From a virus: DNA of 64,000 bases. The position numbers and the translations under genes are program-made. Below, one piece after another: positions 46,282 to 56,996 of the stretch (positions are counted from its first letter, which is position 1; each line of letters begins with the position of its first letter). The stretch covers positions 1 to 64,000 of IMG/VR virus record IMGVR_UViG_3300020048_000056. The stretch is one strand, 5' to 3'. The notes under the pieces were generated by a model. That model was not told the DNA's origin. It searched no databases and was given only the letters and a program-made list of their open reading frames with translations.

Positions 46282-47142
46282 ATGCTTTATACAGACCCAT
46301 ATCTCCTACCTTCCCCAGAGCAAACAGATCCAGTAGATGTATCCCTACACATTAATCTATTGGCTGAGGCGGTAGACCTAGAACTTGGTAAAAAGGCTGA
46401 CTTGACATCTCCAGAATTTACTGGAACACCTACATCAACTACTCCAAGTCCTGGAAATAATACAACATATATAGCCACAACAGCGTTTGTTAAAACAGCA
46501 ATTGATAATGATGTTATTGCAACTGGGGAAGTTGTAAATTCAATGCTTGCATCAGATTCAGTAACTAATATAAAGGTCAGTGCTTCAGCAGCCATAGCAC
46601 AATCAAAAATTAGTGGATTAACGACTGATTTAGGGTTAAAGGCTCCACTGGCTTCTCCAACTTTCACAGGGACAGTAGTTCTTCCAAGTACAACATCTAT
46701 AGGAACTGTTACAAGCACACATATTGGATATCTGTTTGCAGCAGCATCTAATATTCAAGATCAGATAAATGCTAAAGCAGAAAGAGTCAGAGAGCCATCT
46801 ACTGATTTAATAATTACTTCTAACATAACAACACTAGATGTTTCAAAATGGAGCATTGGTGTAGTTGCCCCATCTCCACCAGCAGCAAACTTTACGTTAA
46901 ACTTAACAAATGTATTAGTAACTGACAATACAACAATAACTATAACTCTAATGGTTACTCAAGGATCTACTGGGTATATTCCATCAGCATTGCAGATTGA
47001 TGGGGTAGGGCAGACTATTAAGTGGCAAGGGGGTGTAGCGCCAGTTCCAACATCAGGTGCAGGGAAAATTGATATATTCTCATTCACTATTGCCCGTCGT
47101 ACAACTTGGTCAGCATATGGATCTGCGTTACTAAACTTCTAA
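46282..47142 (+). CDS. tail fibre-like protein
   Basis: SPEFTGTP..IATTAFV, LKAPLASPTFTGT, IKWQGG.AP...DIFSF motifs; leaderless. Confidence 0.75.
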   Translation: MLYTDPYLLPSPEQTDPVDVSLHINLLAEAVDLELGKKADLTSPEFTGTPTSTTPSPGNNTTYIATTAFVKTAIDNDVIATGEVVNSMLASDSVTNIKVSASAAIAQSKISGLTTDLGLKAPLASPTFTGTVVLPSTTSIGTVTSTHIGYLFAAASNIQDQINAKAERVREPSTDLIITSNITTLDVSKWSIGVVAPSPPAANFTLNLTNVLVTDNTTITITLMVTQGSTGYIPSALQIDGVGQTIKWQGGVAPVPTSGAGKIDIFSFTIARRTTWSAYGSALLNF

Positions 47143-47933
47143 TGCCAAGATTATCTAGCATGGGTGGCATATATGGACCAATATCTGGTAAAGCCAGAAG
47201 AATGTTTAATTTAGCAACTGGTGGATCAATTGCTGAAGTTCCAAACTACAATGGAACTATAGAAACTTGGAATGTTCACACAATTACTGCTAATAGTAAT
47301 TTTACAATTCTAAGATCAATAGATGCGTTCTCAATTCTTGCTGTTGCTGGTGGTGGGGCTGGTGGAGCGCAGATTGATGGGAATACTCGTTGCGGAACTG
47401 GTGGTGGTGGTGGGGTAATCCTTACTTCTGCTTCCATAAATCTTGGCACTTATCCAGTTGTTGTTGGTCTTGCTGGTCCTGGAATTTATCCGACACTCGC
47501 CAATAACGGTGGAAATACTACGTTCAATGGGCTTACTGCTATCGGAGGCGGCGGTGGTGGGAGAGCAGCAAATACAGGAAATTACAACGGCGCTAACGGT
47601 GGATCTGGAGGTGGAGGCGCTAATGATCCTGGTGGAAGTTATGGCAGCGGAGGAACTAATACTGCTGGCCAAGGCTACGCGGGTGGTAGTGGATGGAATA
47701 CAACGAATACTTGCAATGGTGGTGGTGGCGCTACAAGTGCTGGGGCGCAGAATTATGCTGGTAGAGCCAGAACGGTTACGATTACGGGGTCATCTTTGAA
47801 AGTCGGGGCAGGAGGCGCAGGAGACGGTGTTAACGCCGACACCTCAACATACGGACAAGGTGGGTACGGTGGTGTTGGATATCAGGGCATAGGGCAAAAT
47901 GGCGTTTTAATAGTTGCCTATAGAATAAGATAG
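47142..47933 (+). CDS. glycine-rich adhesin/tail tip protein
   Basis: TAATG coupling; NLATGG..NYNGT..TWNVH; GVLIVAY. Confidence 0.75.
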   Translation: MPRLSSMGGIYGPISGKARRMFNLATGGSIAEVPNYNGTIETWNVHTITANSNFTILRSIDAFSILAVAGGGAGGAQIDGNTRCGTGGGGGVILTSASINLGTYPVVVGLAGPGIYPTLANNGGNTTFNGLTAIGGGGGGRAANTGNYNGANGGSGGGGANDPGGSYGSGGTNTAGQGYAGGSGWNTTNTCNGGGGATSAGAQNYAGRARTVTITGSSLKVGAGGAGDGVNADTSTYGQGGYGGVGYQGIGQNGVLIVAYRIR

Positions 47934-47966
47934 TATTTTTATTAAAATAATATGGAGGGTAAATAG

Positions 47967-48443
47967 ATGTTTGTAGCAGCAAGTAGTTCCTCTGGAGGTA
48001 GATTTATACCTATAAAACCAGTATTGGTCTTTATAGGTAATGGTCAATTTTCTATAGATCCATATGATTCATCATTAGACTATAGGGTGTCTTCAGGTAC
48101 AAGATCTGGATCAACTATTGTTCCAGTTGGAACATCAAGCCCAGTAACTTTAATAGCCTATGCTCCAAAAGGAATTATGCAATCAACATCTTCCATATGT
48201 GAGTGGAGAAACATTACTACAAGCCAAGTACCCTATTATGGATATGGACAAACTGGGTGGACATATACTTGGTGTACTGGAACTTGTCCAAATGGAGCAG
48301 GTTGTCGTTATTGGGCAAATGGAGATCCATTTTGCCAAAATGCAACTTATGGAAATGATGCACTTTTAGGATACAATGCGGTAGAGGATACACCCCCTAT
48401 GGGATTTGCTAAGGCTTATGGCCAATGGTGGTCTACTTCATGA
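47967..48443 (+). CDS. hypothetical Cys-containing virion-associated protein
   Basis: GGAGG RBS. Confidence 0.65.
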   Translation: MFVAASSSSGGRFIPIKPVLVFIGNGQFSIDPYDSSLDYRVSSGTRSGSTIVPVGTSSPVTLIAYAPKGIMQSTSSICEWRNITTSQVPYYGYGQTGWTYTWCTGTCPNGAGCRYWANGDPFCQNATYGNDALLGYNAVEDTPPMGFAKAYGQWWSTS

Positions 48444-48787
48444 ACATTAAAGTTAGTCGGGGAAATCAACTTTTTATGGAATGGGAAATGAAGAACAGAA
48501 AATTTGAAAATATTAATGGTGAGGTGCTAGAATTTTCACTTAAAGATAATATATTAAGATCATTTAGCAGAACAATCTGGGATAATGATAAGAGAACTAC
48601 AGGACTATCAAAAGATATAGTTCTAATAAATAAGGATGAAGGAGTATCTATGGTTTTTATGACTTGGGATACATCATTCCTTCCAGTAGGAATAAGCAAT
48701 TATGAAATATTAATTGTGGGTAAGAATGAAGATGAAGTTCCTACGATGTTTTTAGAAGATTGTGGAACGGTAGAGATAGTTGAATAA
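48440..48787 (+). CDS. hypothetical protein
   Basis: ATGA coupling; Ig-like pattern. Confidence 0.6.
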   Translation: MNIKVSRGNQLFMEWEMKNRKFENINGEVLEFSLKDNILRSFSRTIWDNDKRTTGLSKDIVLINKDEGVSMVFMTWDTSFLPVGISNYEILIVGKNEDEVPTMFLEDCGTVEIVE

Positions 48788-48968
48788 TTCACCTTTGCAG
48801 TTACTAAAAGACGCCATTAAACTAGCAGATACAGAACTATCCGATAAAAGAATGTCTATCTGTCAAGAATGTCCATTTTTTACTGGAGTTTTATGCACAT
48901 CTTGTGGCTGCATAATGAAAATTAAAACAAGATTGCTGAATATGAAATGTCCATTAGATAAATGGTAA
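48780..48968 (+). CDS. Cys-rich protein (DUF6171-like), paralog of 31450..31641
   Basis: RMSICQECP...C..CGCIM..K......CPLDKW. Confidence 0.7.
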   Translation: MNNSPLQLLKDAIKLADTELSDKRMSICQECPFFTGVLCTSCGCIMKIKTRLLNMKCPLDKW

Positions 48969-49082
48969 CCGTAATCAAACTGTTACATTAATCACCTAAG
49001 TCTTTCCTCATAGCCACCTTGTTAAATATACAAAAAGTTGCTACAATAGAAGTTCACAAAAATTCAAAGAAGGTGGTGTTTT

Positions 49083-51047
49083 ATGTCATTTATTGACGAA
49101 AATGGATCGATTTCTGATCCCTATAGAAACTTTATCCATGTAAGTAGATACTCACGATGGATAGAGGAAAAAGGAAGACGAGAGACTTGGGTGGAGACTG
49201 TAGATCGATACATGTCATTTATGAAAAACCACCTTGTAAAGAATTATAATTACGATGAAAACGATATCAAATTTGATGAAGTGCGAGAGGCAATCCTCAA
49301 CCATAAGGTAATGGGCAGCATGAGAGCCCTAATGACCGCAGGGCCAGCATTAGACAGAGATCATATCGCAGCATACAATTGCTCTTTTATCGCGGTAGAC
49401 AGTCTGAGAGCCTTTGATGAGGCTATGTATATTCTAATGAATGGTACTGGTGTTGGATTCTCAGTAGAACAGAAATATGTTGCTCAACTACCCGTAATTG
49501 CAGAAGAACTATTTAAGACTCATACAACTATTATGGTTGAGGATTCCAAGTTGGGATGGGCTAAAGCATATAAGGAACTCGTTGGTTTACTTGTTACTGG
49601 TCAAATTCCAGAATGGGATATGTCAAAGATTCGTCCCGCAGGCGCACGACTAAAGACGTTCGGTGGCCGTGCATCAGGACCAGAGCCATTGAACGATCTT
49701 TTCAAGTTTACTGTTGAGCAATTCAAGATTGCTAAGGGACGTAGACTCAAATCAATTGAGGCACATGATCTTATGTGTAAGATTGGTGAGGTTGTTGTTG
49801 TCGGAGGCGTTCGTCGTTCTGCTCTCATTTCACTATCTAATCTGGATGACTTTGAAATGGCTAAGGCTAAGTCTGGTCAATGGTGGGAAACAGAAGGTCA
49901 ACGTGCGCTAGCCAATAACTCAGCGGTATATAATATGAAGCCTAATACTGCTCAGTTCCTCCGTGAATGGAGAAATCTATATGAGTCAAAGTCAGGTGAG
50001 CGTGGTATCTATAATATGGATTCCGTTCGTAAGCATATTGATAAATTCGGTCGCAGAGATTCATCTCTGGTCGCTGGCACTAATCCCTGCGGAGAAATCC
50101 TTCTACGGGCAAATCAGTTCTGTAACCTTACCGAAGTAGTTATCAGTGCTGATGACGATGCTAAGAGTCTTTCAGAGAAAGTTCGTATAGCAACAATCTT
50201 GGGTACTTGGCAAGCAACGCTAAGCAACTTTAAGTATATTCGTAAGTCTTGGAAAACTAATACAGAAGAAGAAAGACTATTGGGGGTGTCCTTAACAGGT
50301 ATCTTTGGCAATACTCTTACTGGAACAATTCATGATGGATTAGAAAAACTTCTCACGGATATGCGTGAAGTCGCTGTAGCAGTCAATGTTGATGAGGCAG
50401 ATATCCTAGGAATTCAGCATTCTGTAGCAATCACCACGGTGAAACCGTCAGGAACTGTTTCTCAACTCACGGGGGTATCTAGCGGTATTCACCCTTGGTA
50501 TTCAGAATACTATATTCGATCTGTTCGTGCTGACAATAAAGATCCTATGACAGTATTCCTAAAGGACTTTGGAGTACCAAGTGAGCCAGACGTTATGAAG
50601 CCTGATGCTACTACAGTATTTTACTTCCCAATCAAGGCTCCAGAAGGGGCAACGGTAACTTCAGATCTATCAGCAATTGATCACCTTGAGATCTGGAAGA
50701 TGTACAGAACTCATTGGACAGAGCATAATCCTTCAGTAACAATTAATATTGCAGAAGATGAATGGCTAGATGTAGGCGCTTGGGTTTATAAGAACTTTGA
50801 TCATATTGGTGGGGTATCATTCCTACCAGCATCTGAGCATTCTTACAAGCAGGCTCCATATCAAAAGATTAGCAAAGAAGAGTATGAAGAGGCTGTGGCA
50901 AAGATGCCAAAGCGTATTCCTTGGGAATCACTTCCTCTCTATGAATTAGAGGATTCAACAACTGGAAGTCAAGAATTGGCTTGTAGTGGATCTACTGGTT
51001 GTGAAGTTGTAGATATAACATATTCAGAACCAATTTTAGTTAAATAA
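49083..51047 (+). CDS. nrdJ: class II (adenosylcobalamin-dependent) ribonucleotide reductase
   Basis: RRETWVETVDRY, YNCSF, GGVRRSA, GTNPCGEI, TTVKPSGTVS, C-terminal LACSG..GCEV. Confidence 0.92.
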   Translation: MSFIDENGSISDPYRNFIHVSRYSRWIEEKGRRETWVETVDRYMSFMKNHLVKNYNYDENDIKFDEVREAILNHKVMGSMRALMTAGPALDRDHIAAYNCSFIAVDSLRAFDEAMYILMNGTGVGFSVEQKYVAQLPVIAEELFKTHTTIMVEDSKLGWAKAYKELVGLLVTGQIPEWDMSKIRPAGARLKTFGGRASGPEPLNDLFKFTVEQFKIAKGRRLKSIEAHDLMCKIGEVVVVGGVRRSALISLSNLDDFEMAKAKSGQWWETEGQRALANNSAVYNMKPNTAQFLREWRNLYESKSGERGIYNMDSVRKHIDKFGRRDSSLVAGTNPCGEILLRANQFCNLTEVVISADDDAKSLSEKVRIATILGTWQATLSNFKYIRKSWKTNTEEERLLGVSLTGIFGNTLTGTIHDGLEKLLTDMREVAVAVNVDEADILGIQHSVAITTVKPSGTVSQLTGVSSGIHPWYSEYYIRSVRADNKDPMTVFLKDFGVPSEPDVMKPDATTVFYFPIKAPEGATVTSDLSAIDHLEIWKMYRTHWTEHNPSVTINIAEDEWLDVGAWVYKNFDHIGGVSFLPASEHSYKQAPYQKISKEEYEEAVAKMPKRIPWESLPLYELEDSTTGSQELACSGSTGCEVVDITYSEPILVK

Positions 51048-51066
51048 ATAGATTAAGTATGGCATT

Positions 51067-51097
51067 GAGGGGAGGTAGTTTTTACTACCTCCCTTCT
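51067..51097. terminator. stem-loop terminator
   Basis: gaggggaggtag-ttttta-ctacctcccttc. Confidence 0.65.
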
Positions 51098-51112
51098 TGC
51101 TATAATTAGACT

Positions 51113-54100
51113 ATGACCACCACAATAAACCAATATGCCGAAAGGGTATATGCGGAGCATCCAATTGCCCTGTGGTCACTAGATGAAACTGCATACTATC
51201 TTGCTCTTGCCAATGACAACTCTAGACTCTTTTCAAATTGGTCATTAACTGAATGTACTTCTGACGATTCTCCAGATCTCACAGGAATCCCAGTATCCCC
51301 ATTTAAAAATAGTGCAATATATTCATCTATAACTAAAACAACATCATCAGCAGGATCGATAAGGGCTTTATCTCCAATGCTTTTTGGACCATCGGATATT
51401 AACACCTCTGTTAAAACATTTTGCGTAAATTTCTTTTTATATCAAAAACCAACATATATTAACTACTTTCAAATTGGCATCACTTATTGGAATTCTCTTG
51501 GCATTCAGAAAGAGGTATGGTTTGATGAAACCCCTCCACCAATTAATGAATCTTGGGCTAACTTTAATCAAATATTTGATATTCCTTTTAGTTGGTCAGG
51601 GGATTTACAACTAATGATCAAGGTAGACTTTAAGGATGGTGCAGATGTTTCAGCAAGGACTCTTATCCTGAATGGACTATCAATAGGTCAAGGATCAGAA
51701 ACAACATGTTACGAAAATCTTGGTAGTGAAGCAATAACTTTACCAAGTTCTACAAATATTGTGGGTCTTTCTGGTATACCTGCTGATCAGTATGGAATTC
51801 TATCGGATAACGCTTATTACCTTGTTAGAGAAAATAATCTTTTAGCCTATAATGATGGATTCCCCATAATTTTTGGTACAGGAAGTTCTACTAAGTTATA
51901 TCCTTCTGGAGTGAATCTTCCATCATTAATTTTTCCTGGTAAAGGAATGCTAAACGAAGCAGGTAGAAATAAAAAATATACCCTAGAGGCTTGGATTCAA
52001 ATTGATCCAAAAACAACATCTGCCATAAAGATCTTAGGACCATTATCAGGAACAGATGGAATCTATGTAAAAGAAGGTTTTATTACTTTAGTGGTTGGGG
52101 ACAACATATCCTCTCATTGTGTTTCTGAATGGTACAGGCCAATGCTTATTCATATTCAAATAAAAGACAACAATGTTGTTCTTCTTATTAATGGTGAAGA
52201 GGTTGCAAATGTTTTAATTGATAAGAAAACTATAAACCTACCAAATGATACAGATTGGTGGGGGGTATATTCTTATCCATCAATAAATATGTTTAAGATT
52301 GATGCTATATCTATCTATCCATACATAGTCTCAGCAATTGCTGCAAAAAGAAGGTTCGTTTATGGTCAAGGAACTCCTGCAATTCAATCGATAAATAATG
52401 GATTTTCTGGAACAGCCGTAACCATAGACTTCTCTACAGCAGAGTATAGTTCAAACATAATTTATCCAGACATTGCTCGTTGGGATGCAGGGTATTTCAA
52501 TAACCTAAATGCTACAAAGGACTATATATCAGTTCCAGATTATACACTTCCAGAAATAAATATTAACGGTAGAGATATTCAGGAATGGTATAGAGATAAT
52601 CGTGTCGTTTATGGACTAGAATATCCATTAAATAATAGTCCAAACTTTATTACATTCAGACCAAATATCACTTACGATATAGACGGAAATCCTATATCAT
52701 GGAGTACCGAAGGAATAAATTATACTTCTGACGAGCAATCCTATTTAAATTTTCCAAGTTTAAATGTTTTAAATGATCCAGTTTCAACAATATATGGAAT
52801 ATTTGAAGCAGAGCAAAACTTAACCATTGGAAGAACTTTAATGAGTTTTGTAAATATCACAAATGGAGAAACGTTTGAGATAACAATTACTTTCGATCCA
52901 GATACTGAATTAAACTTAATTAAATACTTTATAAATAACACTGAGTTAGAGTCAGCAAGGCAGTCAGTTACCACTGGAATAGAATGTCTTGTTGGAATTA
53001 ATATTGAAGCACTTGGTATAGAGTTTGGGTATGAAGTTTCTAAATTCTTTTCTTCTCCAACATCAATACAGTTGTTTGTTGGTGGTAATGGCAATAATAC
53101 CTTTGAAGGAAAGATATATTTGGTTGGATTTTCAAATCAAACGAATTACAATGAAATATCTACAAACTTTTTATCAAACGGTACAGCAATAAACGATAGG
53201 TATGAATTACTGTTCGATCATATTGCAAGTTACACATTAATACCAGAACTAGAGTATGGTCATCTGTTCCTAGACATATCGGTATCATCTTCTTGGGAAG
53301 AATATTTTCCCTTAACTTATTTTGCAAGTTACGTTAAAGATGAAAATGGAAACCCATATTATGACTTAGACATGTTGCAAATAAATTTGGGATATGTGTC
53401 CGTTGAGTCAAATGTTGTTTGGACATATCAAGAACTTAGAGATGCTTATGTGGGGCAAACCTACCAAGATCTAAAAGATTCAATCTATTCAAATTACTTT
53501 AATCTTAGTAAAAACAATACAACGGGGAACTCAGTAAACATCTCTAACTCATCCCTTCAATCATACATGACATTCCAATCACTTTCTGATGGAGCCAATT
53601 CACCAATATCTGATTTTCCATATACAAAAGAACTTATAAGCAGCAAGGTTATTGATCCAGATTTAGAGAATACAGAACTGTTTCCTCAAAGAGCATATGA
53701 AACAAAGTTTTCATTTAACGACAATGTAATTGTTTATCCACCTAAAACAAATAATTTTGAAGACTATGCCCTAGTCGTACATTTTCAGATAAATCAAAGA
53801 TCTATTCTGAAGAATCCATTAAAGGTTAAGAGTTTTGAAATAACATCTAAGAATCTTAATTATGCAAGCATAACTAATCCAAAAACCCAAAGGAATTATG
53901 TTGGAACAAAGTTTGGAACAAAGATAAATCCAGAAATAGATATATTTGGAGTGCTAGATGGAAAGAGCAAGAATCCATATCTAATATACAAGACAGCGAC
54001 TCCCTACATATATAAAACTGGAAAGTCTGGAATTAGAGTTATAAACCAGTCATCAATATCTCTTGAAACTTTAGATCAATATCAAGTAAGTATTCCAGTA

Positions 54101-54919
54101 AACTCTAATAGTTCATACGACTTTAAAGTAGCAGCATTAACGTTTTTCCTTATGGGGAATATTGCAGATGGATCAGATCAAATACCCCTTATTGAAATAA
54201 AACATAAAGATGGAATAATCACCTTAGTATTAAATAAAACAGAAACTGAGACTAACATAAAGGTATATAGTAGAGCGATTAATACATTTGTTAATGGAGG
54301 TTACTCAGATACTGTTTTATGGACAGACTATTGGGATTGTGGAACATCTAGTACTCTTCCAAATGTATTTATAGATGTATCAGTAGGATCTCTAGATCAA
54401 ACCAACATTCCAGATAATTACGTTGAAATTGATGGAGTCAGTTTCTATCAAAATGGAAGGTATGTCAAGAATCCTTCAATAAAAAATGATGAATGGAATT
54501 CTATAGGTCTTTCCTTTGCAGAGGAACTTAATTTTGATGGGTATCCCGATGGGAACATTAAGATATTCGGAGGGTTCACCTTTAATGACATATCATATTA
54601 CCTATCAGAAGGAATGGGCATTCAAAGAGATATTAATGCTCGTACATGGCAAAAGGTACTTGATAGTGATTATGCAGGAGATCCCATCATCCCTGACAAC
54701 CTTTGGTCATACTGGTCAGCAGAAGACAGAAAATGGCAAAGTGTGTATGAACTTAGTAAGTCATCTTCATACCTAAGTACCCCAGCAAATATTTATCAAG
54801 CATATACTGGTACGAATAGGTACATTATTGATGACAACTCAGGTATTGAGTTAAATCAAACACAAACTTCCGTATTGACAGACGTATCTTGGTCTGCATA
54901 TACTGGTAAACCCGTATAA
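51113..54919 (+). CDS. large virion structural protein (LamG-like domain)
   Basis: 1268 aa; EHPIALWSLDE, YTLEAWI, LLINGEEV motifs; adjacent to head module; leaderless. Confidence 0.75.
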   Translation: MTTTINQYAERVYAEHPIALWSLDETAYYLALANDNSRLFSNWSLTECTSDDSPDLTGIPVSPFKNSAIYSSITKTTSSAGSIRALSPMLFGPSDINTSVKTFCVNFFLYQKPTYINYFQIGITYWNSLGIQKEVWFDETPPPINESWANFNQIFDIPFSWSGDLQLMIKVDFKDGADVSARTLILNGLSIGQGSETTCYENLGSEAITLPSSTNIVGLSGIPADQYGILSDNAYYLVRENNLLAYNDGFPIIFGTGSSTKLYPSGVNLPSLIFPGKGMLNEAGRNKKYTLEAWIQIDPKTTSAIKILGPLSGTDGIYVKEGFITLVVGDNISSHCVSEWYRPMLIHIQIKDNNVVLLINGEEVANVLIDKKTINLPNDTDWWGVYSYPSINMFKIDAISIYPYIVSAIAAKRRFVYGQGTPAIQSINNGFSGTAVTIDFSTAEYSSNIIYPDIARWDAGYFNNLNATKDYISVPDYTLPEININGRDIQEWYRDNRVVYGLEYPLNNSPNFITFRPNITYDIDGNPISWSTEGINYTSDEQSYLNFPSLNVLNDPVSTIYGIFEAEQNLTIGRTLMSFVNITNGETFEITITFDPDTELNLIKYFINNTELESARQSVTTGIECLVGINIEALGIEFGYEVSKFFSSPTSIQLFVGGNGNNTFEGKIYLVGFSNQTNYNEISTNFLSNGTAINDRYELLFDHIASYTLIPELEYGHLFLDISVSSSWEEYFPLTYFASYVKDENGNPYYDLDMLQINLGYVSVESNVVWTYQELRDAYVGQTYQDLKDSIYSNYFNLSKNNTTGNSVNISNSSLQSYMTFQSLSDGANSPISDFPYTKELISSKVIDPDLENTELFPQRAYETKFSFNDNVIVYPPKTNNFEDYALVVHFQINQRSILKNPLKVKSFEITSKNLNYASITNPKTQRNYVGTKFGTKINPEIDIFGVLDGKSKNPYLIYKTATPYIYKTGKSGIRVINQSSISLETLDQYQVSIPVNSNSSYDFKVAALTFFLMGNIADGSDQIPLIEIKHKDGIITLVLNKTETETNIKVYSRAINTFVNGGYSDTVLWTDYWDCGTSSTLPNVFIDVSVGSLDQTNIPDNYVEIDGVSFYQNGRYVKNPSIKNDEWNSIGLSFAEELNFDGYPDGNIKIFGGFTFNDISYYLSEGMGIQRDINARTWQKVLDSDYAGDPIIPDNLWSYWSAEDRKWQSVYELSKSSSYLSTPANIYQAYTGTNRYIIDDNSGIELNQTQTSVLTDVSWSAYTGKPV

Positions 54920-54937
54920 TCTGGTACAATTGTGGTT

Positions 54938-55330
54938 ATGAGTAATGAAAAAAGAGAAAAAGTTGGTAAGTCCAAGGTAACTGTAATGAATGTGGGAGAT
55001 GCCCAAAAGAAGCACTTTGGATATGAGTGGGGTATGTATTTTTGGAAACTACCAGATGGTCACTTATTTGGTGATGGAGAAGGAAGACTCCTTAATATTC
55101 CATCAGTTAAGGGAGACATTGGACAGATGGCAAAGATTAGATCAGAAGCAGCAATTAATGGTCAGCCAGATGGAGAAGCATGGTTCTATGCAGGGGCAGG
55201 AAGAGCAACTGATGAAGAATATAGCGAACAGTTAAATAGACTTGAGGAAGGACTCATCCCATCTCTTAATGATTTTGGGGCAGTCGCAGCAGCAAAGAGA
55301 TCCTTAGAAGTATATGGAGAGGTTGACTAA
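54938..55330 (+). CDS. hypothetical protein upstream of portal
   Basis: WGMYFWKLPDG...D.EG..LNIPS; coupled to portal. Confidence 0.7.
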   Translation: MSNEKREKVGKSKVTVMNVGDAQKKHFGYEWGMYFWKLPDGHLFGDGEGRLLNIPSVKGDIGQMAKIRSEAAINGQPDGEAWFYAGAGRATDEEYSEQLNRLEEGLIPSLNDFGAVAAAKRSLEVYGEVD

Positions 55331-56958
55331 TGGCTGACTTCCTAATTGATGCAAAACTAGCAGACCAAATAATCCAGAACGAGTTTGCAGATTCAGATCC
55401 ATTTAATAAAACTGTAGATGATCTTCTTGGTCTTAGAGGAATAAATAAAAACTTTAAGAGAAGAATGACTAGAGTTGAAAAAGCAAATACCACAATTAAT
55501 AACGTCCCCCGTCAAGCAGATGGACAAATTTCTGAACGATATTTAAGTGACTCAAAGGCTGTAGGGCAGAATACAGATCATACTGTAGGGTCAAAGAAGA
55601 TTAATCCTGGCCAAGTGTATCGAAATGGATATGGAATCTTTGACCTTATTACTCCCCCATACAATCTTTATGAACTTTCAGCATATTACGATACATCATT
55701 TGCAAACCATGCGGCGGTAGATGCTAAGGTATCAAATACTGTTGGCCTTGGATATGACTTTGAAATGACAACCAACACTCTTATGAGAATTGAAGATACT
55801 AAAGATGATGCTAAAAAGTTAGGTGCTAAAAGAAAAATTGAAAGACTTAAGATTCAGATGGGTGATTGGGTTGAAAGTCTAAATGATGATGATAGTTTAA
55901 CTAAGACTCTTGAAAAAGTTGTAACAGATATGCAGGCTACAGGAAATGGCTTTATTGAAGTAGGCCGCACAGTAACAGGAGAGATTGGATATGTTGGACA
56001 TATCCCAGCAACCACAATGCGCGTTCGTCGTCTGCATGATGGATATATTCAGATCATTGCTGGAACCATCACATACTTCCGTAACTTTGGTGCAACCAAT
56101 CCTAATCCCGTTACAGATGACAATCGTCCAAATGAAGTTCTTCATCTTAAAGAATATTCACCACTTAATACATTCTATGGTGTTCCAGACATTATTGCCG
56201 CAATGACTTCCCTGCAAGGCGACCAGATGGCTGCACGATACAATATCGACTACTTTGAGAACAAAGCAGTACCACGTTACATCATTACAGTCAAGGGTGC
56301 AAAACTAACCCCAGAAGCAGAAGATAAGTTATTTAGATTCTTCCAAACGGGTTTAAAGGGGCAGTCACATAGAACTCTATACATTCCACTTCCTGGTGAT
56401 AGTGAAGGAAGTAAGATTGAGTTTGAAATGCATCCAGTAGAGAATGGTGTACAAGAAGCATCATTTAATGAATACCGTTTGCGTAATCGTGATGACATCC
56501 TTATGGCTCATCAAGTACCTCTTTCAAAACTAGGCGGGGTAGATACAGGATCTCTTGCATCAGCAATGACACAAGATAGAACCTTCCGTGATCAAGTAGC
56601 AAAGCCACTACAAGAATATGTTGAGAAGGCTGTAAATAAACTTATTAAAGAAAAGACAGACATCATTAGACTTAGATTTAAGCAAGTAAGTCTTACTGAC
56701 GAAATTGCTGAATCTCAGATTCTTGAGCGTTATGTTAAGAACAAGATTCTTGTTCCAAATGAGGCACGCGAAAAGATTGGTATGCCACAGATTGAGGGTG
56801 GAGATATTCCTTTAGAGTTAACTCCTCGTCAAGCAACTGATACTCGTGCGAACATGGCACAGAACAGAACAAGAGATACTGAGCGTTCTAACAATCAATC
56901 CGATGGAGCAGGAGCCGTTAGTGGAAGGAACCCTAAGGGTGCTGGACCAAAGGTTTAA
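55330..56958 (+). CDS. portal protein (PBSX/HK97-like)
   Basis: TGNGFIEV.R, H.PATTMR, NEVLHLK, FYGVP, YFENKAVP, HQVP, PNEARE motifs. Confidence 0.92.
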   Translation: MADFLIDAKLADQIIQNEFADSDPFNKTVDDLLGLRGINKNFKRRMTRVEKANTTINNVPRQADGQISERYLSDSKAVGQNTDHTVGSKKINPGQVYRNGYGIFDLITPPYNLYELSAYYDTSFANHAAVDAKVSNTVGLGYDFEMTTNTLMRIEDTKDDAKKLGAKRKIERLKIQMGDWVESLNDDDSLTKTLEKVVTDMQATGNGFIEVGRTVTGEIGYVGHIPATTMRVRRLHDGYIQIIAGTITYFRNFGATNPNPVTDDNRPNEVLHLKEYSPLNTFYGVPDIIAAMTSLQGDQMAARYNIDYFENKAVPRYIITVKGAKLTPEAEDKLFRFFQTGLKGQSHRTLYIPLPGDSEGSKIEFEMHPVENGVQEASFNEYRLRNRDDILMAHQVPLSKLGGVDTGSLASAMTQDRTFRDQVAKPLQEYVEKAVNKLIKEKTDIIRLRFKQVSLTDEIAESQILERYVKNKILVPNEAREKIGMPQIEGGDIPLELTPRQATDTRANMAQNRTRDTERSNNQSDGAGAVSGRNPKGAGPKV

Positions 56959-56996
56959 TAACAATTGTATAAACATGATGTATAATAGAAAGTAAT

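Noticed and set aside
31817-48443. Diversity-generating retroelement or invertible shufflon for fibre tips (Mtd-like N-terminus present)
   Set aside because: No reverse transcriptase or invertase, no adenine-specific TR/VR pair seen, and all tip genes are co-oriented.
49083-51047. Intron or intein in the ribonucleotide reductase
   Set aside because: Continuous 654-aa ORF of normal length without splicing motifs.
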